This document shows, one piece after another, positions 40,621-53,608 of a DNA stretch of 64,000 nucleotides. Below the pieces are notes generated by a model. That model ran no database searches. It saw only the letters and a program-made list of their open reading frames with translations, and was not told the origin of the DNA. The stretch is from Rhizophagus irregularis. Lineage: Eukaryota. The position numbers and the translations under genes were made by a program. The stretch lies in assembly GCF_026210795.1 (NCBI RefSeq), contig NC_089429.1, forward strand, positions 372,001 to 436,000, given 5' to 3'. Each line of letters opens with the position of its first letter. The stretch's first letter is position 1.

Positions 40621-42628
40621 TATACAATATAGATTATTTTATTTATATTTTATATTTTATGACATATCAAAGATAATATATACCTGCAAAGGATTAAATA
40701 CTATATTTGTTTTTACTTCAACAGGCGAGAAGGAACTAACAGATGAGAAACTAACATCATCTTGAGTTTGTTGCTTAATTATAAATTAAAAAAAAAAAAT
40801 TTGCCTCATTAAATTACTTATTTATACTGTATAAGTATTAGATCTAGTAGTATATAAATGGATCATCATCCTGATTCATTTATATATTAAACTAGATCAG
40901 TAAATCATCCAGTTTATAAATGATAATATCATATACCTCTATAAGATCAAAAGCTATTGTTTGAGAAGAAGAATTCGTATCTTGAACTTGCTGTTTAATT
41001 ATAAAATTCTGATATTAGATTATAGTGGAATTGTTTATATTTTTAGAAGTAAAATGAAAAGTACCATAGATGTCTTTTGTAATCGTTTCTTTGCATTGTA
41101 TTTGGTATGTCTTGAATGTTTCATCTTTTTCTTAAAAGAAGCTAAGTAAGTCTAAAGTAAAGGATAAACCCAAGGAACAAAATCAAGATAACAAACCCAA
41201 AGAATAAAATCAAAAGACAAACTAAAGAATAAAATCAAGGTAAAATAAAATAAAGTTAATAAGGAACAGAACAAAGAGTTAAAATAAATGAAAATAATAA
41301 ATTTACATGTTTTAAAATCAACTGGAAGACTGAAATATCATAAAAAAAAGAAACATTAAAAGAATAAAATGCAAGAAATAGAAGGATTGGAGCGAAAAAA
41401 ACTTACTGTGTGAACGTTCTTAATAAAAATAAATAAATATCGCCACCGGTCTTATAATGAGGTACTAGTGATACTCAATATGTCACTGATTTGCAATATT
41501 GATATCTAGGCTTAGCGCAGATCGGTTACATAAAAACACAATATGAGATTATTCTAACTATATATCCTAATTTACATATTTATAAGTATACTTCTCATTT
41601 TCAAATGCCGTAATATTACGGCACAATGCCGAATTGTGTATTGACGCAACGTAATTCATTTATACTGACATAATTACATCAGGAAGTCACGGAAAAAATG
41701 TTCATCAAATGTACATCGGCCACTTGATGTACATCATAAAGAAATGCTGAACATCGGACCCTGCAATGTACTACCGATGTCACAATATTTGATGTTCATT
41801 GCCAATTCAAAATATTCATTACCCATACATTACGATGTACATTATTTTAAAGATAATAAACATCATATCAATATTTTAGGACCCCGAACAATATATATAT
41901 AGGTCAGATAAAAAATTCAAAATTTACTAAGGTCAATAAGCAAATATTTTTCATGTCTGCTAAGCAAACTTTTATCTAACCCATAAATTTTTTACACTGC
42001 TAAGCAATTTATTTTATGACATATATATATTTATATATAATTTTTTTATAAAATATGTATATAAAAAAAACTAAAAAAACAAAAATTTTTGAAATAATGT
42101 ATGGATAAAGCTATTATTATTTTTTTGTAATATTACAACTTATAAATGTTTCTTATTAATATTTCGTATATCTGTTCTGTGACTTTAGAGCGTAATTTAG
42201 GCACTTTAGTCAAAGAAAACATCCAAAACCTTCTTAAGTAAAGTTGTTCAGCAGGTTCGAATCTACTTACATATAAATTTTTATCATGATTGAATAGATA
42301 TTTATGGATTTATTCATGTTTTTTGTAACGCTACCAATACGCGGAATTTTTATTTTTAAAATTTACTGTAAAATTTGTCAAAAAAAATATTTTTAAAAAA
42401 TTTTCTAAGTAAAAATGAAATAACTTTTATTGATTATTACAAAAATTATAGTGTAAAATTATAAAAAAACAGAAAAACACTTATTTTTCCCTTCCCACCC
42501 ACTCGTTGCTCTCATTTTAAATATATATTTTTTATCGCCATTTTCAAAATTATGCGATTTTCAAAATAATCAAAAAAAAAAATTTGAATTTGAATTTTGT
42601 GTAACATTGTGATCTTATGCATCAAATT

Positions 42629-45076
42629 TAGGGATGTTAACAGTTTATGATTGGATGGTTCGAACCGCAGTTTGATCATAGGACCGGTTTCAGTTCAGTT
42701 CGAAACGTCAAACCAAACCAGGCACCGAACCGATAGAAACCGGTTTAGTGAACCGGTTTTAGATCGGTTCAATTAACGGTTACGTGTATCTGCACGCGTA
42801 ACTTTTTACAATAAAAGAATAACGGATTTTACATTCTTACATTTTTTTATATCACCTTGCATTATTACAACTATGTCGGGAGTTTTTGAAAATGACGATA
42901 ATAATTTATCAGATGATTCCTTAGCATCTGATGATGAAAGAATTATAAATAAGAAATTGTCAGCAGATGTTTGGGAGTTTTTTCAAAAAATTCAAGATGA
43001 GGAAAGTTGGTTAATTACAAACTATAAGTGTATTTTGTGTGCAAAACTTTATTCACCTGGTAATCCAACATCTACACTTCGACGTCATTTAACTAAAAAA
43101 CATCCATCACATTATAAAAAACCTGAAACCCGCCAAACTACTTTACGTTTTAAACCTTACTCTCCATCAAAATCTAAACCTATCACAGATTCTTTGGTTG
43201 ATTTTGTTGCAACTGATTTGCAACCTTTTACCATTGTTGAAAATCCCTGAATTCAAATTATTAATTAATAAATTGAATCCCCACTATATTTTACCTTGCT
43301 GAACAAACCTTAAAGGAAAAATTCATAGAAAATTATAAAATGAGAAAAAATGTGTTAATTAATGAAGTCTCACAAATTAACTCAAAAATCTCTCTTACTA
43401 CTGATATTTGGACTTCAGAAATCTCAAAAGATTGTTATCTTGGAGTAACAATGCATTATATTAACAACAATTGGGAATTAAAAAATCTCTTACTTGATTT
43501 AATTCCTGTAAATGGTTCTCATACAGCTGGGTTAATTACTAGCAAGCTTTTACAAATTCTTGAAGAGTTTAGTATCAGTAATAATATTCTTGCATTAACT
43601 ACGGACAATGGAAGCAACATGATAGCACGTGGTAATCAACTAGCAACTGAATTAGATCAGGAGTTTAATAATATGGCTTTTACTCATTACAGATGTGCTG
43701 CACATATTATAAATTTAGCAGTAAAAGCAGGAATGAGTCATGTTGGAAATGAAATCAAAAAACTTCGTCAATTTGTTGTTAAAATCAAGAATTCACCATT
43801 ATTTTTGGATAAATTATCAGAAATTTGTACCCTTAAAAAAGTTAAATTTCTTAAACCAATTTTAGATATAGACATTCGCTGGAATTCCACATATTTTATG
43901 ATTAATAGACAAATCTTAATGCAGGGTGTTTCAGAATTACTTGCAACAACAAATGTTGAAGAACTTGGAGATTTATTTCCAACAATATCTGAATGGCGAC
44001 ATATTAAGGTATTTTTTATTTTATAAATTATTATTTATTTTATTTTATAATTATATATTTATTAATTATTATTTTTTTTTTTACAGGAATTAGCAAAGGT
44101 ATTAGAACCTATGTATGAAGCAACCAATTTATTATCATCATCAAAAAATCCTACACAAGGTGATATAAGATTGGTTTTTAATGGAATGTTTAAAAAATTG
44201 GATCATTATCAAAGAGGAAATCACCATACACAAAAGGCAATAGCATCAGCAATTTGTAATAAATTGAAAGCCTATTGGGACAAATATTTGAATCAATCTT
44301 CCATTACTTCTTCAATATTAGATCCACGCTACAAAACCACATTATTTAGTCATAATGATATAACTGAAATTATTAGTAAATTACAAGAATTATATTTGTC
44401 ATATTTACCCTTAAATAATCAAACCATACCATCAGCACCAGCACGATCATCTCGTGATTATTTTCTTAATTTACTTAATCCAAATAATATTCGTCAAGAA
44501 GTATCGCATGATGAATTAGATCGATACTTAAATTCTCCAGTAGATAGTAATACAGGTTCTTTAATTTGGTGGAAAACTTATGAAAAGGATTACCCAGTAC
44601 TATCTCAAATAGCTAAGGATTATTTAACAATCCAAGCAACGTCGGTTCCATCAGAAAGGGCATTTTCAATTTCGGGATTAACTATTTCAAAAACTAGAAA
44701 TAGGTTAGATCCTGAAACGGCAAGGGCAATTATATGCATGAAAAATTGGATATCAGAAAAAGAAAGAATGGAAAATTGAATCAATACTTGCAATATGTCT
44801 TTTTTTTTTCCTTTTTTTTACATTATGTGAAATTTTGTTGGTAATTTTTTTCTTATAATAAAAAATTTTTTGACGATATACGATATATTTAAATTCATGA
44901 TCTGCATTACACAATTTTGTATAAAATACTATAAATATCCGGTCTAAACTTCGGTCTAAACTTCAGTCCAAACTTCGGTTCAAACTCTGGTTCTAAACCT
45001 ATAACGGTTCGGTTTTGTACTCAAACCACCAGTTTTTGGACCGAAAACCGGATGGACCGAACCGTTAACATCCCTA
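42629..45076 (+). mobile_element. hAT transposon 1, 8 bp TSD ATCAAATT
   Basis: TIR TAGGGATGTTAAC at both ends; TSD at 42621-42628 and 45077-45084; AACCG-rich subterminal repeats. Confidence 0.95.
42873..44779 (+). pseudogene. hAT transposase (BED finger, DDE core, dimerisation domain), disrupted
   Basis: VWEFF..CILC..LRRHLTKKH, TTDIWT, TTDNGSN, RCAAH, RWNST, SVPSERAFS. Intron 44009-44086. Two +1 frameshifts and a TGA in 43245-43305. Confidence 0.9.
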
Positions 45077-46066
45077 ATCAAATTTAAAGATTAAAAATAT
45101 ATCGCGTAAAAAATTTTATAGCGTCACGTAAAAATGTCTTCTATTTCACCAAGAAACTACCAAATTGGAGTTTGTTTTACATGCCAATTGTGTATGTATT
45201 GTGGTTTAGACTTAACATTAAATAACTGTAATTGTGATAAATCCATCAAACCAACCAAAAAAAATCGTACTAAAGAAGTAGCAAATTTTCGAAACTTAAC
45301 TTACAAGCCAGCCATTGTACATGAAAAAATAAAAAACACTTTATCAAATAGCAATCAAAAATATGGATATAAGCTGGATATAGAACTGCTGTATAACTGT
45401 ACACTTTGTTCAGCATGTAATAGTCAAATTAACAGAAATGTTAAAGCAGCTGACAAAGAAAAAAAAATATTATAGTTATTCCTTCTTCACCAACGGATGG
45501 TACTTCTCTACCTTCTACACCATTACAAATGGAATTTAAATTGCGCATGTCTATCAAACAAAATAAACAAGTGTTGCCTTTTGTAATAATTAGTTTTACT
45601 TTAGATAATCCAAATTTTATTAATTTTAGAGATAAACTTGAATCATATATTTGTGAACAAGTTGGACTAGTTTATAGAAATGAATATACTTTAGCATATA
45701 AATCACATTCAGAAAGTGGAGCTGGAACACTTTTAGGTAATGAAGAAGCATTTGATGAATTTCTAAAGGATTATCAAAGTATAGTAGCGGGAAATAAGAA
45801 AGTAGTAATTATTGTTATACTTAGAGAATTATCAAAAAAACGTTCACATGAGGTATTTATTTTTGAAAATAATTATTTGTATATATTAATTATTCAATTA
45901 AATTTTTAATAATATTATAGAATGAAGTTTCAGAACAGGAATCTAATGATGAATCAGAAAATGAAGCTTATCAAAATACCAAATCTAAAAAACAATTAAA
46001 AAAACATATCAAAAAATGTATACCTAAAGAAGCTACTTTAAATGAAAATGAAGCATTAGTTGGATC

Positions 46067-49000
46067 TAGTGATACCGGGCGAAACTATTTTTTTCAATCC
46101 GAAATATTTCGTCTTTTTTTTTTGAAGGATAAATTAATTCCGAAACCTAAACTTATTCCGAAACTTAAATGTATATCCGAAATGACGAAATATATTTATA
46201 GTACAACATAGTATTTAAGGTTTAGTAAACTAGCCAATTATAATATAATTATTTTATTTTACGTTTAGTATATGTATAATTTTAATAAATTTCAAAGAAA
46301 ATGTAACACAATTTTCAACATATTATTATCAAAAAAGTTATAAGCATGTGAAAAAAATACGATTTCTAATATAAAATTGATTATAAAGTGTCTCCTTCTA
46401 ATTCATTATCAATTGAATATTGTTGAATTAATTCTTCAACATCATAATTACTTTCCATTTCTACATTTTCATCACTATCGTCTAGTTCATCTTCACCATC
46501 AGTTTCATTAACATCATCATTAATATCACTGTCATCCGAATTTTCACCATCATTATTCAAACATTTTACTGCATTTTTTAAATTAAACATTTCTTCAATA
46601 ATCAAAACCCGTACTTCATGATTAGGAATTTCTGAAATAGGAATATTTCTTCTATTATCAATTTCATCTTCCTCCTCTTCAAATTGTAAAAATGTTGAAT
46701 CATTAATCATTTCATGCACTTCATCCTCTCGTATATTGTTGACTAACATAAGCAAGCTCATTTTTAATATTAGATACATAAAACGACCGAATTTTTGCCA
46801 TAGCCTCAACCTTTAAAAGTCCTAATCGTTGCCGTCGTGTACCATATAACCAGCCAAGAGTGGAAAAAATTCTTTCGCATCCTGCACTATGTGGAGTGAT
46901 AGAAAACACCATTATAGCCAATGCAGGAAGATAATCATACTTGTCTTTGATTGTAAGCCACCAACTCATTGGTGTTTCAAGATGGCTATCAAACTCTTGA
47001 TTATATGGACTCTTTCGCAATTCATAATTACGCATTTGTGCCAAAAGACGATTACATGACCTCCTGTCACCACCATTATTTTGCCAAATCTGAGCCGCGG
47101 TAGTAGCGATAGTTTTCCAATATACTGCTTTTAACCCACGTGCTATTAAATATTTATAAAAAAATCAATTTATTTTCTTTTAATAAATAATTTCATTAAA
47201 AAATTAGGATTTTACTAACCGCGATAGGCAGGATGTAAAAAATATGCCAAAATATAGATTTTTGGATCAAACTTGTCCCAATATTTGTTAAATGATTCGA
47301 TACAATGTTGATGAAATTCTACCATTCCTCGAGAAGGTAATTTTTTAATAGTATTTGCTATTAAAATCAATTGAAGAAAAGCAATCGCAAAAGGTTTGCA
47401 TTAGCGCTTTCAAGTAAGGTAATTGCAGTTTTAATCGGCTTTAGAACTTTGGTTAATTTATCAACGTTTGAGAAAAATTCCGAGCTTCGAATATTTCGTC
47501 TAACACTTTTATTTGTGATTTCATTAGGATTATTCTTCAAAACCTATAAATATTTTACAAAATATTATTAATAATCAGTAATATTACAATAACAAAATAA
47601 GAATTTATAGATATTGAAATAAACTCACATGTTCTAGTGCCATTCGTAAACGAGATACGGAACTTACAGCTTCATACATGGAAGTCCATCTTGTTTCACA
47701 GTATGTTTTAAGCCCTCCTCCTACGATTTGTAATGTAAGTAGTAACATCGGTCAACAATTTTCCTACTATATGAGAACGTTTAAAGAATGATGTAATCTG
47801 ATTACAGCCACTGATCGTTATTTTAGCCAAATCATGTTCTAAAATTAAAAAAAAAGGTTAAAAAGATGAATTTTTAACAATAATTCATAATTATTTTATA
47901 GAATTTGAAACATACCCATAATCTGTTTGGTTACTAAATTGACGAAATGAGCAATGCACCGAAGATCAATAATGTTTGGAAATTGGTTCGTAACAATTTC
48001 CCTTGCTTTAACGCAATTCGCGGCATTATCAGTAACTAATGCAGAAACTTTTTCAGGGCCAATTTTTTTGATAATATCCGTAATTTGGCCTGCAAGAAAA
48101 TCTCCTGTATGATGATCGCCTGAGTAGTCACGAAGAGCATAAAGGTATTGTTCTCGATCAGGAGTTAGGATTACATAGTTATAAACAGAAACACCATTCG
48201 GATTTGTCCAGCCATCAAGTGCTTAAAGAGTTAAAGAGTTAAACAGTTAGAATTTAAAATTTTAAAAATTTTTGTAAATTCATTTGATAACAAAACTTAC
48301 CAAGTGTTAAATTCTCAGAATTTTTAATGATCTCCTTAATCTTGTCATTAATTCTTGCTGTTTCTTGATTTAAAAGCCTACCACTTAGCAATTCGCTTGT
48401 TGGAGGCTCATATCCTGGTCTCATTTCGTGAAGAAATTCAATAAAAAATGGATTCTCAATAATTGAGAACGGAATACCACAACATATAAATGCGCGCACA
48501 AGAGCACGAGTAATAGAAGCCTTTTTTTGAGAATTTATGTTAGTTGACTCAAACCAATCAGTCAACTCCCGCTGGTCCACCTGAGTTTTTCTTTTTTTAC
48601 TATTTTCTGGCGAAGAAAAGGTATCTTCCCTTCCAAAATCCCGCGCAGAAACTACACCTAAGTAGAACGAATGAACAAGTTCTGGAACTTCTCTACAGTT
48701 GTTTGCTAGGTGATCTTCTAGCTCATTTGGATGACCACGAGGCCAATATGTCCTACAATAATTACATTTGGCCGAAAAATGACCAGCAGACTTGAGCGGT
48801 TTCTTCTCATAATGTCTCCATACTTCACTTTGAGGACGACCACCTTTCTTCTTTTGTTGTTCAGTTGGAGTGTCCATTTTTTATAGAATATTGAACGTTT
48901 ATGAATATAGCAAAACAGCGAAAGTAATACATTGACGTGACTTTTGGCAATATATAAAGTCATTTGGTATCTCGTGCGGTCGTGCCTCGTGGGTTTTTTT

Positions 49001-49805
49001 CTATTTTAACAGTTATTGATTATCGTTGATTTGATCATAACGATAATTAAAGTTTCACAGTCCGTAATCAAAACTGTGCTACATGATAATCCAATATAAT
49101 ATTGATCAGATGATCAATTTTTTTCAACTCAAAATTCGTCTTCGTCTAATCTAACTTGGAAGTTGGAGTAATCTGACAATTTCGCAGATATAGTAGTAGT
49201 CGGTTCTTAAACAACAGTTTAACTTTAGGACGTTCAAAGTATGCTGAAGGCAGAAATTGTGACTCGGGAAGGTTTTGTAGTTAGAGTAATTATAGATTTA
49301 GTTACGAGGACATTAAAGTACGCCGAGGGCCGAAATTGTGACTTGTAAAGATTATAGTTAGATTTGATGGATTAGTTGATTTATGAGGGATGGTAAGTTT
49401 GGTAAGTTAGATATAGAATGCATCGTGTTGGTATATAGAAATCTATAAAAGGATTGGTACAATTTTATTCATATGGGATGAAAGATTATGGTATCGTCAC
49501 TATCGTGAGAGGGATTATTTTATGGTGTATAATATAATAATATTGTTATAAAGCTGTGTTTATTTGTTAATATTTTAGCATATTGTATGTATAATATTTA
49601 ATAAATTTTACTAAATTGTGTTTGAAAACGTGTCGATATATTTGTAAAATAAAAAAAAAACTAAAAATATATTTTTCAGTTTAGTCATAATTTCGGTTTA
49701 GTCATGTGACGAAATATTTCGGAATTTCGTAATTTGAAATGCATTGACGAAACAATTTCGGTTTCGTCACATGACTAAATATTTCGGTTTCGCCCGGGAT
49801 CACTA
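46067..49805 (-). mobile_element. hAT transposon 2, 8 bp TSD GTTGGATC
   Basis: TIR TAGTGAT(A/C)CCGGGCGAAAC (18/19); TSD at 46059-46066 and 49806-49813. Confidence 0.95.
46381..48877 (-). pseudogene. hAT transposase (BED finger, DUF659-type core), multi-exon, frameshifted
   Basis: VWRHY..CNYC..HLANNC, LDGWTN, TDNAAN, RCIAH, TRWTS, SAGCERIFS and an acidic tail. Frameshift near 46730. Confidence 0.88.
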
Positions 49806-50651
49806 GTTGGATCATATGTGATAAAATTAAATGATAAGTATATTTGTGAGATTCAGAATCACAAACGTTGTTTTATTAAAGAAGATCGTTATTTATCTTT
49901 AACAAATTTTGCAATTAGTTTATGGGCCAAAGAAATTGTGTGTATTTAGTATTGGAATTATCATTATAAATACATTTTTAATAACATTAAATTCGTTTAT
50001 TATAGGTAAACAAAAATGCAGATTTGGGTACTCCTCTTAATCATGCTATATTTAGTATGATGCATTCAGTAAAGGTAACTAGAAAAGATTCTTCTAATAT
50101 TGATAATTATCCTCAATCAATGACAGCATATCCTCAATATTCTCAACAAATGTATTTTCTGTCGCCATTTTCATATAATTATCCTGATTGTGATTATAAT
50201 ATTCAAAGAAGAACTTTAATTTCACAAATATCAGATCATAGCACATCAGTTAATTCACAAATATCAGATCATAGTTCAATAAAAAAAATAGTGCCGAATA
50301 TGGAAGATTTTCTAAAAAATTTAGATCAAGAATTTGGTGATGATAAATTTACTTGTTATCTATCTATTTTTGAAGAACAAGAAATTCTTGTTAATCAACT
50401 TGCAAGATTATCAGATTCTGAATATATTTTAATGGATGTAACAATTATTGGACGTAGGCAAATTTTACGTGATGAAGCAAAAAAATATGAATGATTTTTT
50501 GTATATATTTTGTTATAAACTTATAATATAATTTGATTAATTTCTAATAAATAAAGTTAGCAATATTATAAATAATATATTCTTAATATTTTAATTTGTA
50601 ATTCTAATAATTATAAACATTATTTACAAAAAATAAAAACTATATTTTATT

Positions 50652-51756
50652 TTATATATAAACCGATTTTTCAAAATAATTTTTTGCTATTTCTGATGTA
50701 ATTTGAGCTAATGCAACTAAAATTAAATATATTGGATCAAAATAATCTACAAAATCTCTGTACCTTTTTAACCAAGACTTTAATGCTGAGAAGGCCGTTT
50801 CAATAGGATTAAAATCTGGTGAATAGGGAGGCAAATAAAGTACTCTACCACCAATTTCTTCTACTGCTGCAACTAAATCATCATTATGATGTATACGTGC
50901 ATTATCCATAACCAATACACTATGTTTAGCTGGATATGGATTCATTTGAGGTAACTTAATTTAAAATAAATAATAATATTAATAAAAAAATTCAATTATA
51001 AAAAATAATATAATAAAATATTTACCAATTGTGTTAAAATAAAAGTTTGGAATCTTTCCTTATCACAACTTCCTTCCATAATATCAACAGCAATAAAACC
51101 TTCTAAAGACAATGCAGATAAAATCATATAACGCTTTCCTCTAATAAAAACAACACTTTTTTCTGCTCTAGTATTAACAGGAGAGTAACCATATAACCTG
51201 GTGAGTGTTCTCTCATCCTTTGAAGATTCATCAATAAAAATTAATTGTTCAGCAGTATAATTCATTCCAATATTATACAAATAAACACCACGTAATATCT
51301 CACTTCTTTCTTTAGCTGCTTTTTGTATTTTCTTTCTAGTTATACCGCAAAATTGAAGAGAACGCCATAATGTTGGCACAGAAACTAATTTTCCTGTTCT
51401 CTGTTCCTTTTCATGTACCAACTCATCAAGATACCAATCTATTTTATCTTTAACCAAACTTTTTAACGCCTATAAATTTGTAAACTTTGTTAAATAATTA
51501 TTATAAAATAATAAATCACAAAAGAGTAACCATCTAAATTTCTTACCGACATATCTTGTGTTGTAAAAATTTTTCTTCTTTCCACTCTACAAATAAATGG
51601 GTCCTTTACACATTCCCATTTTTTAAAAATCCTACAGACTTTATTGACAGTAGTCTCGCTAACATACATTCTTTTAGCAATTTCATTTTGTGTAAAGCCT
51701 TCAGCCTGACAATAAATAATACGCCACCTTAAATCTTCGCTTAAACTTTTTACCAT
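50652..51756 (-). CDS. DD34E Tc1/IS630-family transposase, apparently intact (exons 51756-51547, 51469-51026, 50954-50652)
   Basis: N-terminal HTH; FIDES, VMDNA and PPYSPDFNPIE with 34 residues between D and E. All three exon lengths are multiples of 3. Confidence 0.9.
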
Positions 51757-52349
51757 CTTGGTTTAAAATTGTTTTAGTAAGAATTAGTATACTTGAAAAC
51801 TTAGACGTGAATAACTAAAATACTTACATTTTATAGAGTTTTTTGTGAATTTGCGAAATCCGTTTTAGTAAGGGTTAGTATTTTTGAGAATTCGAAGGAA
51901 AAAAATACTCATATAGTTATAAAACTTAGACTTTAGTAACTAAAAGTCTTATAGTCTAAAAATATAAAAGGAATTCGCAATATTTGTTTTAAATTTTAAA
52001 AGGAGTTCGCAAAAAATTGTGAAATTCGCAACATTTTGTAATACATTGTCATGTGATGTAGATCGCATAATTATGAAAATGGCGATAAATGTTACACGGA
52101 CGCGTATATGATTTATAATTTTAATGTTATGCAGATGTGTATTTGTTTTATCAAAAACATGTTATACGATCACGTCTAAAAATGTTCCCTGTATTACGTA
52201 TACAATTAACTTATTCTTTGTATTAAAAATAGTAAATTTTTTGTTTGTAACTTTGTTTACATATTTTATTGGATTTTTTTAATGTGAAAATGTAAATATA
52301 TATTATATTATATATATATATTAAAAAATTCTATCCTGCTACGCAAATA

Positions 52350-53457
52350 CAGTCAACTCCCTCTATAGTCACTCCCGTTATAGTCACATTCTACTATATA
52401 GTCACACCAGTTGAATGTTCAAAACACTTTATTATTAAAAACTATCCTATATAGTCACAATCTATCTATAGTCACTATCACACCTATCCTCAAAAATCTT
52501 ATATTAAAAAGAACCGTTTATAATCACAGTTATATAAAGAATATATTAAATAACTTGGCATCTAATAATCGTACAAAGATGTATCATAGCTTGTTAGAAT
52601 CGTCTCACTGAGATGAATCGAATGGTAGTAGTTTTATCCTTTTGCGATCACTGGCTGATGAGTTATTCAACAAAATGTTAAGCATCGGCATTATTATATT
52701 TCTTGATTTACGTTTACTGCGCCATTTAACATTTTGCTAAATATCTCGGTATCTAGTGATTGTAAAAAGACGATTAATAGCTCGTTGGAATCGCCTCATC
52801 AAGACGAATCGAATGGTGGTAAGCTCAACTCTTTGTGATCAATATTGACGGAGTTACTACTTAAAAACCATTTAATATTTTTTAATTTCGGAAATTGATC
52901 TAGTGATTGGATTTCAATGTATTTTATACCATTAGATTCGCCGCATTAAGACGAATCGAATGGTAGTAAGATTGTCTCTCTAGGATCAATATTGGCAGAG
53001 TTATTACACAAAAACCATTAATATTTTTTTAATTTTGGAAATTAATCTAGTGATTGGATTTCGATGTATTTTATACCATTAGAACCGTCTCATTAAGACG
53101 AATCGAATGGCGGTAAGATCGTCTCTCTAGAATCAATATTGGCAGAGTTATTACACAAAAACCATTAATATTTTTTTAATTTCGGAAATTAATCTAGTGA
53201 TTGGATTTCTATGTATGTTATACCATTAGAACCGTCTCATCAAGACGAATTGAATGGCGGTAAGATCATCTCTCTACGATTAATATTGGCGGAGTTATGA
53301 TACAATAAAGTTTTGAGTATAATTTTAGCTAAAATTATGTTAATTTTTAGACGGAATTATGATATACTAATATAAGAAATTTTTTATATAGTCACATCTC
53401 TTTATAATCACCAAATATGGACTATCCCAAATGTGTGACTATAAAGAGAGTTGACTG
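52350..53457. mobile_element. pogo-type non-autonomous element with internal ~146 bp tandem repeats, TA TSD
   Basis: TA|CAGTCAACTCCCTCTATAGTCAC ... GTGACTATAAAGAGAGTTGACTG|TA. GAATCGAATGG module repeated five times. Confidence 0.92.
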
Positions 53458-53608
53458 TATATATCTGACTATTAATAATTTAATACTCTGCTACGCATAA
53501 TTATATCTGACTATTTAAAAATTATGTTATCAAATAAGCAATAATAAATCTCACATAAGAAAAATTTTTATATGTTGGTTAAGCAAACTCAAACCCTACC
53601 TTTATATA

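Larger units (their letters stand above)
45134..50494 (+). pseudogene. Cargo gene of the Tc1-like element: Cys-rich finger, PB1-like region, C/H-WA domain and C-terminal SAM-like domain; split by hAT 2
   Basis: CFTCQLCMYC...CNC...CTLCSAC. Removing hAT 2 and one TSD restores EALVGSYVIKLNDKYICEIQNHKRC...LWAKEI. C-terminal FEEQEI...LSDSEY..MDVTIIGRRQIL is SAM-like. Frameshift near 45470. Confidence 0.7.
42528..52092 (-). mobile_element. Tc1/IS630-like DD34E transposon carrying a cargo gene, interrupted by two hAT insertions
   Basis: Inverted repeats TTTATCGCCATTTTCA(A/T)AATTATGCGAT at 42531-42558 and 52062-52089. Exact termini uncertain. Confidence 0.8.
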
